A DNA stretch of 64,000 nt, taken from Anaerovoracaceae bacterium. Lineage in GTDB: Bacteria > Bacillota > Clostridia > Peptostreptococcales > Anaerovoracaceae. Location: the NCBI GenBank assembly GCA_050953425.1, contig JBMNMQ010000007.1, positions 232,408 through 296,407 on the forward strand, written 5' to 3'. A program made the translations under genes and the position numbers. This document shows, in pieces, positions 1-9,503 of the stretch. Position 1 is the first letter of the stretch. Each line of letters opens with the position of its first letter. Below the pieces are notes generated by a model that had not been told where the DNA came from, searched no databases, and saw only the letters and a program-made list of their open reading frames with translations.

Positions 1-615
1 CTGACGGAAGCCGAGCGATCGCAGCGCGTGCTCCGCCTGGTAGATCGCCTGCATTTTGTCACGGGTGATGCGGTCGCCGTAGGGAATGCGGCTGGCCAGG
101 CAGGCGCAGGCCGGCTTTTCCCAGACGGGTTCGTTCATCGCCGCCAGCGCCCGGCGGATATCATCCTTATGAAAGCCGACCTCCGCCAGCGGGCTGAGGA
201 TGCCCAGTTCCTGCAGCGCCTGGCGACCGGGGCGATAGTCCGTTTCGTCGTCGGCGTTGGTGCCGTCGGCGATGGGAATATCGTCGGTGACGTGCTGCAG
301 TGCCTGAAACATGGCCTTCTTGCAGTAATAGCATCGATTCGGCGGGTTGCGCAGAAATTCCTCCGGCAGGGCGTCCTCGATGTTGATCACCAGCTGCGGA
401 ATGCCGTGCTTTTCACAGAAGATGCGGGCTTCCTGCTGTTCATCCGGGGAAAAATGGGGCCCGCTCAGCGTCACGGCCAGACTGCCGCGCCCGAGCGCCT
501 CGTAGGCGGCCAGCAGCAGGAATGAGCTGTCCACACCGCCGGAAAAGGCGACGGCCAGCCGGTCATAGGCGGCCAGATGCTGGTAAAGCTGCTGGATTTT
601 ATCCTGCAAGCTCAT
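1..615 (-). CDS. PP-loop ATP pyrophosphatase family protein (LarE / TIGR00268-like ATP-dependent sulfur transferase). Partial: the 3' end runs off the window start.
   Basis: My reverse-strand translation from the ATG at 615 gives MSLQDKIQQLYQHLAAYDRLAVAFSGGVDSSFLL..., which carries the SGGxDS PP-loop motif. An RBS (aaggga) lies upstream. The ORF is absent from the track because it is truncated. Confidence 0.6.
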   Translation of the reverse strand, partial: MSLQDKIQQLYQHLAAYDRLAVAFSGGVDSSFLLLAAYEALGRGSLAVTLSGPHFSPDEQQEARIFCEKHGIPQLVINIEDALPEEFLRNPPNRCYYCKKAMFQALQHVTDDIPIADGTNADDETDYRPGRQALQELGILSPLAEVGFHKDDIRRALAAMNEPVWEKPACACLASRIPYGDRITRDKMQAIYQAEHALRSLGFRQ

Positions 616-1186
616 TCGTTTCCCTTTCTACCTGATCCTCGCAGCTGCGCATGGCGAGGATCGTTTCTTCGAAGAGTTCGTCGAGCTCCCAGCCCAGCAT
701 GGCGGCGCCGTCGCGGATGACGTCGCGGCTGCAGCCGGCGGCGAACTTTTTATCCTTGAACTTTTTGCGCAGAGATTTGACGGGCATGTCCTTCGTGCTC
801 CGGGAAGGCCGCATCAGCGCGCTGGCGCCGATCAGGCCGGTCAGCTCGTCGACGGCGTAGAGGGCGCGCTCCATCTCGTGCTCCGGCTTGACGTCGGAGC
901 AGACGTTGTAGCCGTGGGAAACCACGGCATGGACAAAGTCCTCGTCGGCATCGATCTCGGCCAGCAGCTGCGGGGCCCTGACGCAGTGCTCGTCGGGGAA
1001 CTGCTCAAAGTCGACATCGTGCAGAAGACCGACAAGCCCCCAGAAGTCGGCTTCCCCGCCGAATCCCATCGATTCGGCGAAATATCGCATGACACCCTCC
1101 ACGGTCAGTGCGTGGCGGATGTGAAACGGATCCTGATTGTATTTCAGCAGCAGATCCAGCGCCTGCTTCCTGGTTATTTCTCCCAT
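599..1186 (-). CDS. HD-domain phosphohydrolase
   Basis: 195-aa ORF with H..HD metal-binding motifs (HALTVEGVM...LLHDVD). An aaggag RBS precedes the ATG at 1186. It overlaps the downstream PP-loop gene by 17 nt. Confidence 0.7.
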   Translation of the reverse strand: MGEITRKQALDLLLKYNQDPFHIRHALTVEGVMRYFAESMGFGGEADFWGLVGLLHDVDFEQFPDEHCVRAPQLLAEIDADEDFVHAVVSHGYNVCSDVKPEHEMERALYAVDELTGLIGASALMRPSRSTKDMPVKSLRKKFKDKKFAAGCSRDVIRDGAAMLGWELDELFEETILAMRSCEDQVERETNELAG

Positions 1187-1261
1187 ATTGTTCTCCTTCG
1201 ATTCCTCGTGCCTTTCCGGCTTTCAAACAGATAATTATCATACCGCAGCACCGCAGTCGTG

Positions 1262-2701
1262 TCAATCGACGGAGGCGCGCCCGGGCGGGCGGGATCCGGC
1301 TTTCGCAGCGGCGCGAAGTCCGGCTTCACCGTCTCTCTCATCCCGGCGCCGCCCGGCTCTGCCGTCTGCCGCGTCCGGGCCGCGGTCGGCCCGGTTCGCT
1401 GCCGCCGCATCCGGTCGCGGTTCGATCCTGCCGTCCGCCGCATCCGGTCGCGGTTCGGCCCTGCCGTCCGCCGCGTCCGGTCGCGGTTCGGCCCTGCCGT
1501 CCGCCGCGTCCTGACAGGCTCCGTCCTGCAGATTGTGCATGGCGTGATTGATTTCCTCGAGACGAACGATGAGAAACATCTGCATTTCGGCATCGATGGC
1601 GTCTTCGATGCCGAGCAGCTCGCGGATCCGGGCGATGCGGTAGCGGACGGTGTTGCTGTGCTGGTAGAGCCGGGCGGCCGTCGCCTTGATGTCGCCGCGG
1701 CAGTGCACATAGGCGCGCATTGTTTTGCAGTAGGCAGTGCCGTGCTCGCGGTCGTGTGTCTGCACGCGGTTCAGCAGCTCGCCGTAACAGGCGCGCACCC
1801 AGTGGCTGCGGCGCAGCGGGCAGAGAAATTTGGCGGTGCCGATGTCCCGATAAAAGCTGTATTCTGTTCGGTCGATGGAACTGACGACGGCGGCGTAGAG
1901 AGCTTCCTGCATGGCGGTGCCGGCGGTGGAGAGCTGGGTGTGGTAATTGCTGAGGCCGAGGGCAAAGACGGCGGGATCGATGTGAATCAGTTCGCGCAGT
2001 TCCCGGATGCCCCGCAGCACGGCATCGCGGCCGCGGCTGTCGGTGTAGATAATCAGGAAGCCGTGCGCCGTCTGCATAACGGTGTGGCTGGCTTCCGGCG
2101 GCAGGCCGCTGGTGGAGACCCTGCGGTAATACTGGCTGGCGTAATCGCTGAGGATCTGGTCGCTGTCATCGCGGGAACGCGGCAGCGCGAAAGCGCAGAC
2201 CAGCTCGTTGTGGAAATAGGGGTTGATTTCCCGGGCGATCATCTCCGCTTCCACGCCGCTGACGTTGCCGCTGATCAGCTGCCGCGCCTTTCTGGTGGCA
2301 GACACGTTGATTTCGCCGGCTGTCAGGGAGCTGCGGATGACATAGACGAGATCGACGATCGGCGTTTCGGAAAAGAAGAAAATCGGCGTGTGCAGGCGGT
2401 TGGCCGCACCGATGACCGCGTCGGGAAGGCGATGAAAGTAGGTCGTGCGGATGCAGAGCGCGGCGAGCCGTTTTTTCAGCAGCGCGGTGAGAACCGGTTC
2501 GAGGAGTTCCGGCGCGTTGCGGTAGGCGGAGAGGGTGGTGATCACCATGTCGCCGGGATGAAAGCCGCGATCCAGCGATTCTCCGGTTTCGCATTCGAAG
2601 AGCGCGGCGGCGCGCACGTGGTTGTTGAGCCCGCTGCGATCGGTGATCAGCGTGAAATGCTTAAAGACGGGATGGGACATCATTTCTTCGATTGTGATCA
2701 T
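1262..2701 (-). CDS. PucR-family transcriptional regulator with a low-complexity, repeat-encoded C-terminal tail
   Basis: 479 aa. PucR-like architecture with a C-terminal HTH (TVRYRIARIRELLGIED). After the HTH there is a ~90-aa tail built from DAADGRAEPRP repeats. Confidence 0.75.
   Translation of the reverse strand: MITIEEMMSHPVFKHFTLITDRSGLNNHVRAAALFECETGESLDRGFHPGDMVITTLSAYRNAPELLEPVLTALLKKRLAALCIRTTYFHRLPDAVIGAANRLHTPIFFFSETPIVDLVYVIRSSLTAGEINVSATRKARQLISGNVSGVEAEMIAREINPYFHNELVCAFALPRSRDDSDQILSDYASQYYRRVSTSGLPPEASHTVMQTAHGFLIIYTDSRGRDAVLRGIRELRELIHIDPAVFALGLSNYHTQLSTAGTAMQEALYAAVVSSIDRTEYSFYRDIGTAKFLCPLRRSHWVRACYGELLNRVQTHDREHGTAYCKTMRAYVHCRGDIKATAARLYQHSNTVRYRIARIRELLGIEDAIDAEMQMFLIVRLEEINHAMHNLQDGACQDAADGRAEPRPDAADGRAEPRPDAADGRIEPRPDAAAANRADRGPDAADGRAGRRRDERDGEAGLRAAAKAGSRPPGRASVD
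1401..1511. repeat. 33-bp direct tandem repeat, about 3.3 copies, inside the 3' end of the PucR-family gene
   Basis: The unit gccgcatccggtcgcggttcg(a/g)(t/c)cctgccgtcc repeats head-to-tail. On the minus strand it encodes DAADGRAEPRP repeats. Confidence 0.8.
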
Positions 2702-2937
2702 AAGGCCTCCGAAGATCTCCGGGAAATTGTATTCTTTTTCAAAACAGTGTTGAAAATACAGTGAATTTGTAAAATCTAAAATATTATATCACATAATTTA
2801 GAAAAAAACCAATTGAGACTGGGACAACTTATGCTATCATAGAGTTACAAAAGAGATGTAAAAAACATGTATAAAACAGGTTAGAAAATATTTAATTAGA
2901 AATTATCTATCCCCAATACAAGATACCCCCTATATAG

Positions 2938-2975
2938 TAAAAGAAGACTCGCAAGCGTCTTCTTTTACTATTTTA
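2938..2975. terminator. Hairpin with flanking T/A runs at the edge of an AT-rich island (terminator-like, readable on both strands)
   Basis: aaaagaagac-tcgcaagc-gtcttctttt followed by actatttt. An 8-9 bp stem with U-tracts on either side. Confidence 0.45.
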
Positions 2976-3090
2976 CGGGGCTTTTTATCGCTGAATTTAC
3001 GGGGCTTTTTATCGCTGAATTTACAGGGCTTTACATCGCTGATTACGGGGCTTTACATCGCTGATTGCGGGGCTTTATATCGCTGATTCA
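2973..3090. repeat. Five tandem copies of a 22-24 bp unit (TTACGGGGCTTT[TT]ATCGCTGA[AT]); iteron-like
   Basis: Read directly: ttacggggctttttatcgctgaat x2, then ttacagggctttacatcgctga, ttacggggctttacatcgctga, ttgcggggctttatatcgctga. It lies in the 680-bp divergent intergenic region between the PucR-family gene and the histidine phosphatase gene. Confidence 0.8.
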
Positions 3091-3378
3091 ATGCGGGACT
3101 CTGCAGCGCCGATTTGACAGGCCCCTGTATCCCCGCTGCGGCGGGGCGCTCTGTCCGCCGCAGCCCTGCCGCCGGCCCGCCGCCTCGCTGGACCGAACGG
3201 GAAAGAAGAGGGAGCCGGGAAAGCGAGGGCAGCGGAACGGCATTCCCCGGCCGTGTCCTTGCCTTCCGTACCGCAGATGATATACTGATGTTGCCGCGTC
3301 GGCGGTGCGGCCGGATCTTCAGGGCGGCCGAAGCAGCACCGCTGTCTGTGCAGCCGCCGCGGCAGGGGAGGTACAAAT

Positions 3379-3999
3379 ATGGGATCCTATATCTATTTAT
3401 TTCGTCACGGCATCACCGAGGGCAACCTGAAAAAATATTTCTACGGCAGCACCGATCTGCCGCTGGCCGCCGAAGGGCGGCAGCAGATTCTCGATCTGGC
3501 GGCGCGCAGCTTTTATCCGCATCCGTGGAAGGCCGATTTCTATGCGACGCCGCTGCGCCGCACCGTGGAAACGCTGCGGCTGATCTACGGCCGGCAGCCG
3601 TATCGGATCATCGACGACCTGCGCGAGATCGACTGCGGTTCCTTTGAGATGCGGACGGCGGAGGATCTGCACGAGGAACCGGAATTTCAGCGCTGGATGC
3701 ACGCCAGGGGCGGAGATGTCTGCCCGCCCGGCGGCGAGGGCACGGCCGCCTTTCGACAGCGTGTCCGGCGAGGCTACCGGGAGCTGGTTTCGCGTCACCG
3801 GCTGCGCGACCTCTCGGTGCGGCACAATAAAAAAGACGCCGTCTCGATCGTCATCTGTCACGGCGGCGTCATCGGGGCCATTCTGGATCAGCTGTTCCCC
3901 GTCGAGCGCGAGAGCATGTGGGACTGGATCCCCGATCCCGGCCACGGCTGCCGGCTGCAGCTCGAGCGCGGCCGGGCACAGGCATATGAAGAACTGTAG
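3379..3999 (+). CDS. Histidine phosphatase family protein (phosphoglycerate mutase-like)
   Basis: 206 aa. N-terminal LFRHGITEGN (RHG catalytic motif) and a later ICHGGVI motif. Confidence 0.8.
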   Translation: MGSYIYLFRHGITEGNLKKYFYGSTDLPLAAEGRQQILDLAARSFYPHPWKADFYATPLRRTVETLRLIYGRQPYRIIDDLREIDCGSFEMRTAEDLHEEPEFQRWMHARGGDVCPPGGEGTAAFRQRVRRGYRELVSRHRLRDLSVRHNKKDAVSIVICHGGVIGAILDQLFPVERESMWDWIPDPGHGCRLQLERGRAQAYEEL

Positions 4000-4136
4000 G
4001 CGCGGCCGGGCGCAGGCATACGAAGAACTGTAGGCCCGGCCGTGCGGCGCGGCCGCGGACTTCATCGCGCGCGGCGGCGATGCACCATGGCGCTCCGCAC
4101 GGCGATGCGGCATGACGATGGATCCGGCGGCGCCGG

Positions 4137-5093
4137 CTAGCGGAGCCGAATGGTGATTTCGCCGCTGGAAAGCGTCTCCTGCCGCCCGTCCGCATAGCGC
4201 ACGATCAGCCCGGCGTTGTCATCAATGCCGACGGCGACGGCCGGCTCCGGCTCACCGCCGATGATGCGGTAGACGTTGATCGGCTGCCCCGTCACCAGCG
4301 AGCGGCGGCGGTATTCGTCGAGGAAGGCGCGCTGCGCAAGGTGTGCGGTCTGGTCGAGCACGTTGTCGATGACCAGCGCGGCCAGGCGGCTGCGCGACAG
4401 CGTGCCGCCGATGCTGCCGGCAGCCGGACCGGCGCTGTCCGGAAAGTCCGCGGTCGTGCAGTTGATGCCGATGCCGGTTACCAGATGGCTGACGCGGCCG
4501 GATTCGAAATCGGTCAGCGCTTCGGTCAGCGTGCCGGAAACCTTGCGGCCGTCGAGATAGATGTCGTTGACCCATTTGATGCGGCTCTCCCTGCCGCTGA
4601 CGGTGTCGACGGCCTCGGCAACGGCGACGGCGACAGCCGCGGTGATCAGCACCGACTGGGTCAGATCGCAGGTCGGCTCGAGCACGATGCTGAGGTAGAG
4701 ACCGGTATCGCGGGGCGAATAAAAGCTGCGGCCGCGCCGCCCGCGGCCGGCGGTCTGCTCGCCGGCGATCACGGTCGTGCCGTGCGGTGCGCCGGCCATC
4801 GCCAGAGAAGCCGCCGTGCTGTTGGTGGACTCAAGCACGTCGTAGAGGTGCAGGGGAATGTCATGCCGCAGGTGAAGCCGGATCGCTTCCTCGGAGAGGA
4901 TGTCGCAGTCCTCGGGCAGCATGTAGCCGCGCCGCGGCTGTGACTCGATGGTATAGCCTTCGTCCCGGAGAGCGCTGATCGCCTTCCAGACCGCGGTGCG
5001 CGAGAGCCCGAGCCGGGCCGCCAGGCGGGCGCCGGAAACCGGCTGCCCCTTCTGCGCTTCCAGCGCTTTCAGTACTTGATGTTTGGTATCCAT
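4137..5093 (-). CDS. birA: Bifunctional biotin--[acetyl-CoA-carboxylase] ligase / transcriptional repressor
   Basis: 318 aa. N-terminal HTH (ARLGLSRTAVWKAISALR), a GRGRRGRSF biotin-ligase motif and a C-terminal SH3-like region. Confidence 0.85.
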   Translation of the reverse strand: MDTKHQVLKALEAQKGQPVSGARLAARLGLSRTAVWKAISALRDEGYTIESQPRRGYMLPEDCDILSEEAIRLHLRHDIPLHLYDVLESTNSTAASLAMAGAPHGTTVIAGEQTAGRGRRGRSFYSPRDTGLYLSIVLEPTCDLTQSVLITAAVAVAVAEAVDTVSGRESRIKWVNDIYLDGRKVSGTLTEALTDFESGRVSHLVTGIGINCTTADFPDSAGPAAGSIGGTLSRSRLAALVIDNVLDQTAHLAQRAFLDEYRRRSLVTGQPINVYRIIGGEPEPAVAVGIDDNAGLIVRYADGRQETLSSGEITIRLR

Positions 5094-5243
5094 ACGTTCA
5101 GTCTACCCGCAGCGGGGCGGCGCTGTCAACCGTTGACAATGTCTGTCATCGGCGGTAAAATGATGCGTAAAACAGCGCCGCTGCCGAACAGGATGTGTCG
5201 GTGGAAACGACAGGCATTTCTTTTCTTTGGATGACGAACAGAG

Positions 5244-7556
5244 ATGAAGAACATTATTAGAAATCTGGCACCATACTGGAAGACCGTGATACTGCTGGTC
5301 GTTTTTTTGTGCGCGCAGGCGTACTGCGATCTGGCGCTGCCGCAGTATACGCAGGACATCATCGATGTCGGCATCCAGGACAAGGGCATCGAATACGTTC
5401 TGCCGGAAAAGACGACGGCGGCGGAGTACCGGTCCGCACAGCTCTTCATGACGAAAAAAGAAAAGCAGGCCTGGCGCGGCGCCTATCGGCGGGACGGCCG
5501 CCTCTACCGCCGCACCGTGCAGTCGCCGGAGCGGCTCGCGCAGCTCGATGACCAGCTGCTGGTGCCGATCGTGCTGACCTATCAGATGGGACACGCCACG
5601 GTATCCGGGTTTCGCAGCACTGTCAGGCAGGCGCTGGAGGAAAGCCGCAATCCGGCCGCCGAGATGCTCGCCGACCGCATCGACGAGATGTCGGTCAAAG
5701 AGATCGGGCAGCTTTTCAATGTGGATCTGAAGACCTTCCGCGCCGAGAACGAAGACGGCCGGGTAAAGACCTATGTGGATATGCGGCCGCTGATTCAGGA
5801 ACTGAGCGACAGCGGCAGCTTCAGCAGCGGCAGTCTTCGGGCCGCCAAGAAAAAGATGCAGGCTGCCATCGACCGGATCGGCGACCAGACGCTGCATGCG
5901 ATGGGCGTCGCCTATGCCGGCAGCTGCGATGAGAAGGCCGGTATGGATGTCGATCGGATTCAGAAGGACTATCTCTGGCACGAGGGCCGGCTGATGGCGG
6001 TGATGGCGCTGGGCATGATGCTTTCGGGCATCGTCGTGGCCTTTTTTGCGTCCCGCACCGGCGCTCTGGTGGGGCGCGATCTGCGGCGCGGTCTGTACCG
6101 CAATGTCATCGGCTATTCCAGCGCCGAGATGGATCGTTTTTCCTCGGCATCCCTGATCACGCGCAGTACCAATGACGTGCAGCAGGTGCAGCTGGTGACG
6201 ACACTGATGCTGCGCATGGTGCTCTATGCGCCGATTCTGGGCATCTGGAGTATCTTCAAGGTGGCGCAGACCGGGGCGCATATGGGCTGGGTCATCGCTC
6301 TCGGCGTTCTCGTGATCATCGGCATCATCGCCGTGCTGGTCAAACTGGCGATGCCGAAATTCAAGATCATGCAGAAGCTGATCGATGCCGTCAACCGCGT
6401 TTCCCGGGAAATCCTCACCGGGCTGCTGGTCATTCGCGCCTTCGGCCGGGAAAAGACGGAAGAAGAACGCTTTGACCGGGCCAACGTCGATCTGCGGCAG
6501 ACGCAGCTGTTCACCGGCCGGGTGATGTCGACGATGATGCCGGCGATGATGATGGTGATGAACGGCCTGGTGGTGCTCATCACCTGGGTGGCTTCCCACC
6601 GTGTCAACACCGGTGATATGCAGGTCGGTACGATGACGGCCTTCATCACTTATGCAATGATGATCGTCATGTCGTTCCTGATGCTGTCGATGCTGTCGAT
6701 CATGCTGCCGCGCGCCGGCGTGGCCGCCGACCGCATTGCCGAGGTGCTGGCGACAAAGAGCTCCATCCGCGATCCGCAGCAGCCGCGGCGGCTGCAGCAG
6801 GTGCGCGGGGAAATCCGCTTTGAGCACGTCCGCTTCCGCTATCCCGGCGCTGCGGACGACGCTCTCGAGGATATCGATTTTACTGCCGCGCCGGGCGAAA
6901 CGACAGCGATCATCGGCAGCACCGGCTCCGGCAAGACGACGCTGGTCAATCTGATCCCGCGCTTTTATGATGTCACCGGCGGCACCGTGCGCCTTGACGG
7001 CATCGATGTGCGGGAGCTGCGGCTCGCCGATCTGCGGGCGGCGATCGGGTTTGTGCCGCAGAAGGGCATTCTCTTTTCCGGTACGGTCGCTTCCAACCTG
7101 CGCTTTGGCAGGGAAGACGCGACGGAAGAGGAGCTGCGGCAGGCGGCACGGACCGCTCAGGCAGAGGATTTCATCGACGACCGCGACGGCGGATTTGAGA
7201 GCCATATTTCTCAGGGCGGCGCCAATGTCTCCGGCGGGCAGAAGCAGCGCCTGGCGATTGCCCGGGCGCTGGTGCGCCGGCCGCCGGTGCTCGTCTTTGA
7301 CGACAGTTTTTCGGCGCTCGATATGAAGACCGACGCGGCGCTGCGCCGCCGCCTGTCGGAGGAAGCGCGGGATACGGCCCGGATCATTGTCGCCCAGCGC
7401 ATCAGTACGGTGCTGCACGCCGACCAGATCCTCGTTCTGCACGAGGGACGCGTCGTCGGCCGCGGCCGCCATCAGGATCTGATGCGGGACTGCGAAGTGT
7501 ACCGGCAGATTGCCCGTTCGCAGCTGTCGAATACGGAACTGGAGGGGATCGGCTGA
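5244..7556 (+). CDS. ABC transporter ATP-binding / permease protein (type I exporter half-transporter) with a large extracytoplasmic insertion after TM1
   Basis: 770 aa. Six-TM exporter core followed by Walker A (GSTGSGKTT), the signature SGGQKQR and Walker B LVFDD. About 220 aa are inserted between TM1 and TM2. Confidence 0.85.
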   Translation: MKNIIRNLAPYWKTVILLVVFLCAQAYCDLALPQYTQDIIDVGIQDKGIEYVLPEKTTAAEYRSAQLFMTKKEKQAWRGAYRRDGRLYRRTVQSPERLAQLDDQLLVPIVLTYQMGHATVSGFRSTVRQALEESRNPAAEMLADRIDEMSVKEIGQLFNVDLKTFRAENEDGRVKTYVDMRPLIQELSDSGSFSSGSLRAAKKKMQAAIDRIGDQTLHAMGVAYAGSCDEKAGMDVDRIQKDYLWHEGRLMAVMALGMMLSGIVVAFFASRTGALVGRDLRRGLYRNVIGYSSAEMDRFSSASLITRSTNDVQQVQLVTTLMLRMVLYAPILGIWSIFKVAQTGAHMGWVIALGVLVIIGIIAVLVKLAMPKFKIMQKLIDAVNRVSREILTGLLVIRAFGREKTEEERFDRANVDLRQTQLFTGRVMSTMMPAMMMVMNGLVVLITWVASHRVNTGDMQVGTMTAFITYAMMIVMSFLMLSMLSIMLPRAGVAADRIAEVLATKSSIRDPQQPRRLQQVRGEIRFEHVRFRYPGAADDALEDIDFTAAPGETTAIIGSTGSGKTTLVNLIPRFYDVTGGTVRLDGIDVRELRLADLRAAIGFVPQKGILFSGTVASNLRFGREDATEEELRQAARTAQAEDFIDDRDGGFESHISQGGANVSGGQKQRLAIARALVRRPPVLVFDDSFSALDMKTDAALRRRLSEEARDTARIIVAQRISTVLHADQILVLHEGRVVGRGRHQDLMRDCEVYRQIARSQLSNTELEGIG

Positions 7557-9412
7557 TGGCGGAAAACAGACGAAAATCGGGCGTGGCACCGCACGGAGGG
7601 CCGGGCAGTCTCGGTGCGCCGGGAGAAAAGGCGAAGAATTTCCGCGGTGCCGTGAAGCAGCTGTTCGCCTATATGGGTCGGCTGCGCTTTGTGGTCGTAC
7701 TGGTGATGGCCTTCGCCGGCATCTCTACTGTCTTTTACGTCATCGGGCCGAAGGTGCTCGGTCACGCAACGACAGAGCTGGCGGAAGGCCTGATGCGCAA
7801 GATCAACAGCACCGGCGGCATCGACTTTGAACGGATCCTGGATATCCTGCTCTTTGCGCTGATCCTCTATGCGGTCAGTTCCCTCTTTTCCTTTCTCGAG
7901 GGCTGGCTGATGAACGAGGTCACGCAGAAAGTCTGCTACCGTATGCGGCGGGATATCTCGGAAAAAATCAACCGCATGCCGATCCGCTACTTCGAGAGCC
8001 GCACCTACGGCGAGGTGCTGTCGCGCATCACCAACGACGTCGATACCCTCGGTCAGGGGCTGAACCAGAGCGTGTCGATGCTGATCACTTCGCTGACGAC
8101 GATCGTCGGGGTGCTGGTCATGATGCTGAGCATTTCGCCGCTGATGACGCTGATCGCGGTGGTCGTGCTGCCGGTCTCGGCGGTTCTGCTGAGCCTGCTG
8201 GTGCGTGTGTCACAGAAATATTTCCGCCGCCAGCAGGATTACCTCGGCCGCATCAACGGACAGGTGGAGGAGAATTTTGCCGGTCAGCAGATCATCAAGG
8301 CCTTCGGGCGCGAAAAGAAAACCATCGACGCTTTCGAGGAAACCAACGAGACGCTCTGCGATTCGGCCTGGAAATCGCAGTTCCTCTCCGGCATCATGAT
8401 GCCGGTGATGGCGTTTGTCGGCAACCTCGGCTATGCAGGCGTGGCCATCGCCGGCGGCTTTCTCGCCATCAACGGCGTCATCGGCATCGGCGACATTCAG
8501 GCCTTCATCCAGTACGTCAAGAATCTGACGCAGCCGCTGCAGCAGATCGCCCAGGTGATGAATCAGCTGCAGTCGATGGCCGCTTCGGCCGAGCGCGTCT
8601 TCGAGTTCCTCGCCGAAGAGGAGGAGAAAGCGGAAGACCGCGAGACCGTCCGTCTCGAGCGGGTCGAGGGTGCGGTGCGGTTCTCCCATGTGCGCTTCGG
8701 CTACGATCCGGCGCAGCCGATCATCCGCGATTTCAGCACCGATGTGCAGCCCGGTCAGAAGATCGCCATCGTCGGTCCGACCGGTGCCGGCAAGACGACG
8801 CTGGTCAAGCTGCTGATGCGCTTCTACGATGTCGATGCCGGCAGCATCTCTGTAGACGGCCATGATCTGCGCGATTTCGAGCGCCGGCAGCTGCGGCAGC
8901 ACATCGGCATGGTGCTGCAGGATACCTGGCTGTTTTCCGGCACCATCCGCGAGAACATCCGCTTCGGACGGCTGGACGCCAGCGATGACGAGGTGGAAGC
9001 CGCGGCGCGGGCGGCGCACGCCGATCACTTCATCCGCACGCTGCCGGACGGCTACGATATGATCCTCAATGAGGACGCGACCAACGTCTCGCAGGGGCAG
9101 AAGCAGCTGCTGACGATTGCCCGCGCGATTCTCGCCGACCGCCGCCTGCTGATCCTCGACGAGGCGACATCCTCGGTCGATACCCGCACCGAAGAACTGA
9201 TTCAGGACGCGATGGATCGGCTGATGGCGGGGCGCACGAGCTTTGTCATCGCCCATCGCTTATCGACGATCCGCAATGCCGACCGCATCCTCGTGCTGCG
9301 GCACGGCGATATCGTCGAGCAGGGCACGCACGACGAACTGCTGCAGCGCGGCGGTTTCTACGCCGAACTCTATCAGTCGCAGTTTGAGGACATCGAAAAA
9401 GCCGCCCTCTGA
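7556..9412 (+). CDS. ABC transporter ATP-binding / permease protein, the heterodimer partner
   Basis: 618 aa. Walker A GPTGAGKTT, signature SQGQKQ, Walker B ILDEAT. Its start ATG overlaps the stop of the upstream half-transporter (tgATGg). Confidence 0.85.
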   Translation: MAENRRKSGVAPHGGPGSLGAPGEKAKNFRGAVKQLFAYMGRLRFVVVLVMAFAGISTVFYVIGPKVLGHATTELAEGLMRKINSTGGIDFERILDILLFALILYAVSSLFSFLEGWLMNEVTQKVCYRMRRDISEKINRMPIRYFESRTYGEVLSRITNDVDTLGQGLNQSVSMLITSLTTIVGVLVMMLSISPLMTLIAVVVLPVSAVLLSLLVRVSQKYFRRQQDYLGRINGQVEENFAGQQIIKAFGREKKTIDAFEETNETLCDSAWKSQFLSGIMMPVMAFVGNLGYAGVAIAGGFLAINGVIGIGDIQAFIQYVKNLTQPLQQIAQVMNQLQSMAASAERVFEFLAEEEEKAEDRETVRLERVEGAVRFSHVRFGYDPAQPIIRDFSTDVQPGQKIAIVGPTGAGKTTLVKLLMRFYDVDAGSISVDGHDLRDFERRQLRQHIGMVLQDTWLFSGTIRENIRFGRLDASDDEVEAAARAAHADHFIRTLPDGYDMILNEDATNVSQGQKQLLTIARAILADRRLLILDEATSSVDTRTEELIQDAMDRLMAGRTSFVIAHRLSTIRNADRILVLRHGDIVEQGTHDELLQRGGFYAELYQSQFEDIEKAAL

Positions 9413-9503
9413 GGGGAGGACGGCCGATATGTTCGCAGACGGCCGGATCGGGCGGCAGGCGATGCGGCTTTCCCGGCGGACGGACAGTATGGATCCCGGC
9501 TGC

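Noticed and set aside
5103-7589. 828-aa ORF on the minus strand
   Set aside because: It is antisense to the well-supported ABC transporter gene and has Arg/His/Ala-rich junk composition typical of high-GC shadow ORFs.
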